Shown: in pieces, positions 60,725-64,000 of the stretch
How the letters are laid out: each line of letters begins with the position of its first letter
How positions within the stretch are numbered: the stretch's first letter is position 1
Assembly: GCA_002269645.1 (NCBI GenBank)
Contig: NIVC01001789.1
Location: 62,001 to 126,000 of the forward strand
Length of the DNA stretch: 64,000 nucleotides
DNA from: Macrostomum lignano
Lineage: Eukaryota
Reading direction: 5' to 3'
The notes under the pieces: generated by a model
What the model was told of the DNA's origin: nothing
Seen by the model: only the letters and a program-made list of their open reading frames with translations
Database searches by the model: none
Program-made: the position numbers and the translations under genes

Positions 60725-61370
60725 GAGCCCCTGTCTCTTGGTGTGGGCATCCCTGCCTCTTTGGTGTGGGCATCCCTGCCTCTTTGGTGTGGGCATCCCT
60801 GCCTCTTTGGTGTGGGCATCCCTGCCTCTTTGGTGTGGGCATCCCTGCCTCTTTGGTGTGGGCATCCCTGTCTCTTGGTGTGGGCATACCTGTCTCTTTG
60901 GTGTGGGCATCCCTGTCTCTTGGTGTGGGCATCCCTGTCTCTTTGGTGTGGGCATCCCTGTCTCTTGGTGTGGGCATCCCTGTATCTTTGGTGTGGGCAT
61001 CCCTGTATATTTGGTGTGGGCATCCCTGTCTCTTTGGTGTGGGCATCCCTGCCTCTTTGGTGTGGGCATCCCTGCCTCTTTGGTGTGGGCATCCCTGCCT
61101 CTTTGGTGTGGGCATCCCTGTCTCTTTGGTGTGGGCATCCCTGTCTCTTTGGTGTGGGCATCCCTGCCTCTTTGGTGTGGGCATCCCTGTCTCTTTGGTG
61201 TGGGCATCCCTGTCTCTTTGGTGTGGGCATCCCTGTCTCTTTGGTGTGGGCATCCCTGCCTCTTTTGTGTGGGCATCCCTGCCTCTTTGGTGTGGGCATC
61301 CCTGTATCTTGGTGGGTGTACCTGTCTCTTGGTGGGCGGCGCAATCTATTAGTTGGGTACCCTGTCTCTT
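60725..61370. repeat. 23-bp minisatellite (TTTGGTGTGGGCATCCCTGCCTC)
   Basis: Direct inspection; explains the six repetitive ORFs here. Confidence 0.96.
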
Positions 61371-61616
61371 TTTGTGAGGGCCCTGTCCAAGAGTTGACAA
61401 AAGTTGAGCTCCGTCATTCGTCAATTTTGGTTACCTCTTTTATTCAGTTTTTAAAGAAGCGCAACTATATTGCAATGGCGAATGGAAGGGCGACACCCTG
61501 GCTCCTTCTGTGTACACCACACGGTTACTTTAGGACACTCTGTATTCCACAACTGACTCGTTTCCTCATACGAAATTCATGTTAATGCACATTATGTACA
61601 AGAATATGTGGTCGAA

Positions 61617-62713
61617 TTATAATCTGCAACCGAAAATCGGTAAAATCGATGATATAGGCGAAGTTGCCATGCGCAATCTGCCCCTGTAGCTAAGATGCAT
61701 AAATCTGTGCACAGTAAAAGAGCGATTAGGAATCTGTTTCGTGGAAAACTTTGTGCCATTCAGACGCTTGCAGTGACGACGCTTCAATGGAGACAGCTTT
61801 TCCGATTTTTTGCACAGCGACTTTAGTCTGTCGGGAATCCATGCCACGTCCCAGATGGGCTGGAAGGCGTCTGCCTCGGCCAGCATGTTGCCGCACCAGT
61901 CGGCAGGTCGGTCGCTTTTCTTCAGAGCCGTGTACTTCTCGTAGAATGTGTGCAGCATTCTGGGTCCCGTGACGCGAAATGCATCAAGATGAGATCGAAA
62001 GACTTTCTTGGCCCAATTCTGATTGAACCATGCCGGCCAGTTCTTCAGCACGAAGTTCAGGAAGCTGTGTTTCGCTCGGCTCATCATCACCGCATTCGAA
62101 ATCAGTGCCGGAAGATTGAACGTGAAGACTGCGTGCTCAGTAGGCTCCTGACTCCACACGGCTGACTCACAGTCGAAGTTCGGAGTCAGCCCCGCTCCCT
62201 GAAGCTGCGACTGTCTCAGCAGCGGTGTCGGATCTCGAAGCAGCTCCACATCCGTGTCGACGTACAGACCGCCGACGTGGTGCAGCACGACCAGACGGCC
62301 GATGTCCGATCGCTCCAGCCCGTTGACCAGCTTGCGGTAGCTTTGAACAAGGTACGGATAGTGCTTTGAGATGAGCTCGGAGATCTGCTTGTCGTCAAAG
62401 TGCATGAAGTGCCAGCGGTCAGTGGGGAATTCGTCAGCATTCGAGCTGTTTCTGTCAGCGCTGCTGCTATCGTTGAGTCTGACATCGAGCAGTCGCCTCC
62501 ATGAGCGCACAATGGGAATCAGCTTGGCTGGCACTCGACCGTCTTTGCTGGTCCAGTGCACCAGCGGCGGGATGGAGTCCGGGAAGCGGAAGGGCAGCTC
62601 GCCGCACTGCCACTTGTAGCTAAAAATCGACTGCGAAGTCCAGTTTGCGCTGAGCAGGCAGAGCAGCACCGACGCCACCAGGATCAGGAGGAACGATTTC
62701 CACTTGTTGGCTG
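61617..62713 (-). CDS. GT32 glycosyltransferase paralogue 4, exon 2
   Basis: Same motifs; acceptor ATCCCAG| at 62714, phase 1; an upstream in-frame stop and no Met before the TM segment. Confidence 0.9.
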
Positions 62714-62895
62714 CTGGGATTTTATTTGAAAAAGTTTTGATTCATTTATGAATTACGAAACAGAGCTGTGTATGAGCGTAAAAGATGATGGTCTCTCGGA
62801 TTCCAAGTTTTAGGTTTGTTTTTAAGTTCAGTTTTTCTCAACTGCAACTATTGTACGAGCATAAGTGATGTGTTTAAACAAAGGCGGTCACTTAC

Positions 62896-62941
62896 CAGTA
62901 CTCAAACAACAGCATGGAAATTGTAACTTTTGGCTTAGCAT
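62896..62941 (-). CDS. GT32 paralogue 4, exon 1 (MLSQKLQFPCCCLST)
   Basis: ATG, 46 nt, donor CTG|GTAAGT, phase 1. Confidence 0.72.
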
Positions 62942-63734
62942 TCACTTTTGAAAAAAATGATTACGCTATGGTGGTCAATTTCAATCGTCTCGTGTGTGAC
63001 ACATGTAAGTAAAGCAGCCATGGACAGCTAGTGAAAAATTGTCCCTTAAACACTAAAATACTCACAATTCTGGCAGTAGCACGAAAAGCTTCTGTCGGGG
63101 TCAGAAAGAGAGCATGCTACTGCACAGAATGTACTGTCCATTTTTGTGACCTCTGTGCACAACGATGAAGAGAGAAGAGAGTTTGCTTGTTTGCGCGTGT
63201 ATGACTGTGCTCGCCAGTCCAAGGCTTGCTGAAAACTGCGCTTTGTGTGTCAATATGCTCTCTTTCTCCTTGGTATTGTTAGACTCCGAGACTCCTCTCT
63301 ATAGAATGCCAGACAAAGTTGCTGAGTAAGAGTTCCTACCCCGTGAATTACTGAGTTTGTTCGGTACGTGAGGCATGCCCATGAGTTATTATGAATGTAC
63401 ACGTATAAGCGTGAATTCATAACTTGTTACAGCCAGTTGAAAGTATACTTAACAACATGCTAGACCTGCAGTGGGCCTGGGCTAGAGTTGGAAACCTGCG
63501 CCATTGCAATGTAGTGAGCTGAAGTCAGTCAGAGGTTTTCAATATTACCGAGTGTACATTGCATTAAGCTTTCACCCGGATCATTGTTCTAACTGTGCAA
63601 ATTAGGTATAGCCAGAACTATGGGAGGCAGGATTTTCTTCTTGACGATGTCTCCAAACAAAAAAGCAAAGTTCCCAATTCGGGAATTCAGCGCATACTTT
63701 TATTCGATTATCAAATATTCATGATACATTGCGG

Positions 63735-63900
63735 CAGTGTTGGGCAAGTTACTCAAAAAAAGTAACTTACGTTACTGTAACTTAAGTTACCACTTTTTAA
63801 AAAGTAACTTACGTTCGCCTAGTAACTTTGAACAAAAACCCGGTAACTTTTAAGTTACTTCCGTTACTTACTTCCGTTACCTATGTTATTAACAAATTTT
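63735..63900. mobile_element. Left end of another CAGTGTTGGG-type MITE
   Basis: CAGTGTTGGGCAAGTTACTC followed by GTAAC/GTTAC-rich sequence. Confidence 0.55.
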
Positions 63901-64000
63901 CTGCTTTTTTGACATTGCAAATGTGCTGGAACAGCACAAATGATCGCGAAAGCCAGGAGGAAGAATACAACAACATTAATTTCAGTAACTGTATTAAATT

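Noticed and set aside
10738-61370. CRISPR-like arrays
   Set aside because: All arrays are head-to-tail tandem repeats without unique spacers; the context is eukaryotic and no cas genes are present.
17274-62941. One shared first exon (or SL-derived AUG) spliced to four alternative GT32 terminal exons
   Set aside because: Private phase-1 ATG exons with good donors exist for copies 1, 3 and 4. A leader-terminal AUG would need phase 0, but all acceptors are phase 1.

Overview
Eukaryotic (animal) genomic DNA. It has GC-rich, CAG/polyQ-rich exons, short AT-rich introns, dense minisatellites and young transposons; a free-living flatworm such as Macrostomum is an inference from style only. Host genes: the 3' three exons of COG7 (+; introns carry a Bel/Pao LTR retrotransposon, a mariner and tandem repeats), a single-coding-exon EME1 (+), four minus-strand GT32 (DXD) glycosyltransferase paralogues (three with a short separate first exon missed by the ORF track), and a five-exon DUF4806-like gene. 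Most notable is a ~10.6 kb segment (20058-30654; ~6.05 kb after removing a nested non-LTR retrotransposon) bounded by an 11-bp inverted repeat. It carries a spliced CRESS-virus-type Rep/SF3 helicase gene facing a zinc-finger tyrosine-recombinase-like gene; both are decayed and no capsid gene is visible. The same 11-bp inverted termini flank a separate Crypton-like recombinase remnant at 35184-36775. All family assignments come from motif recognition by eye; no database search was run.
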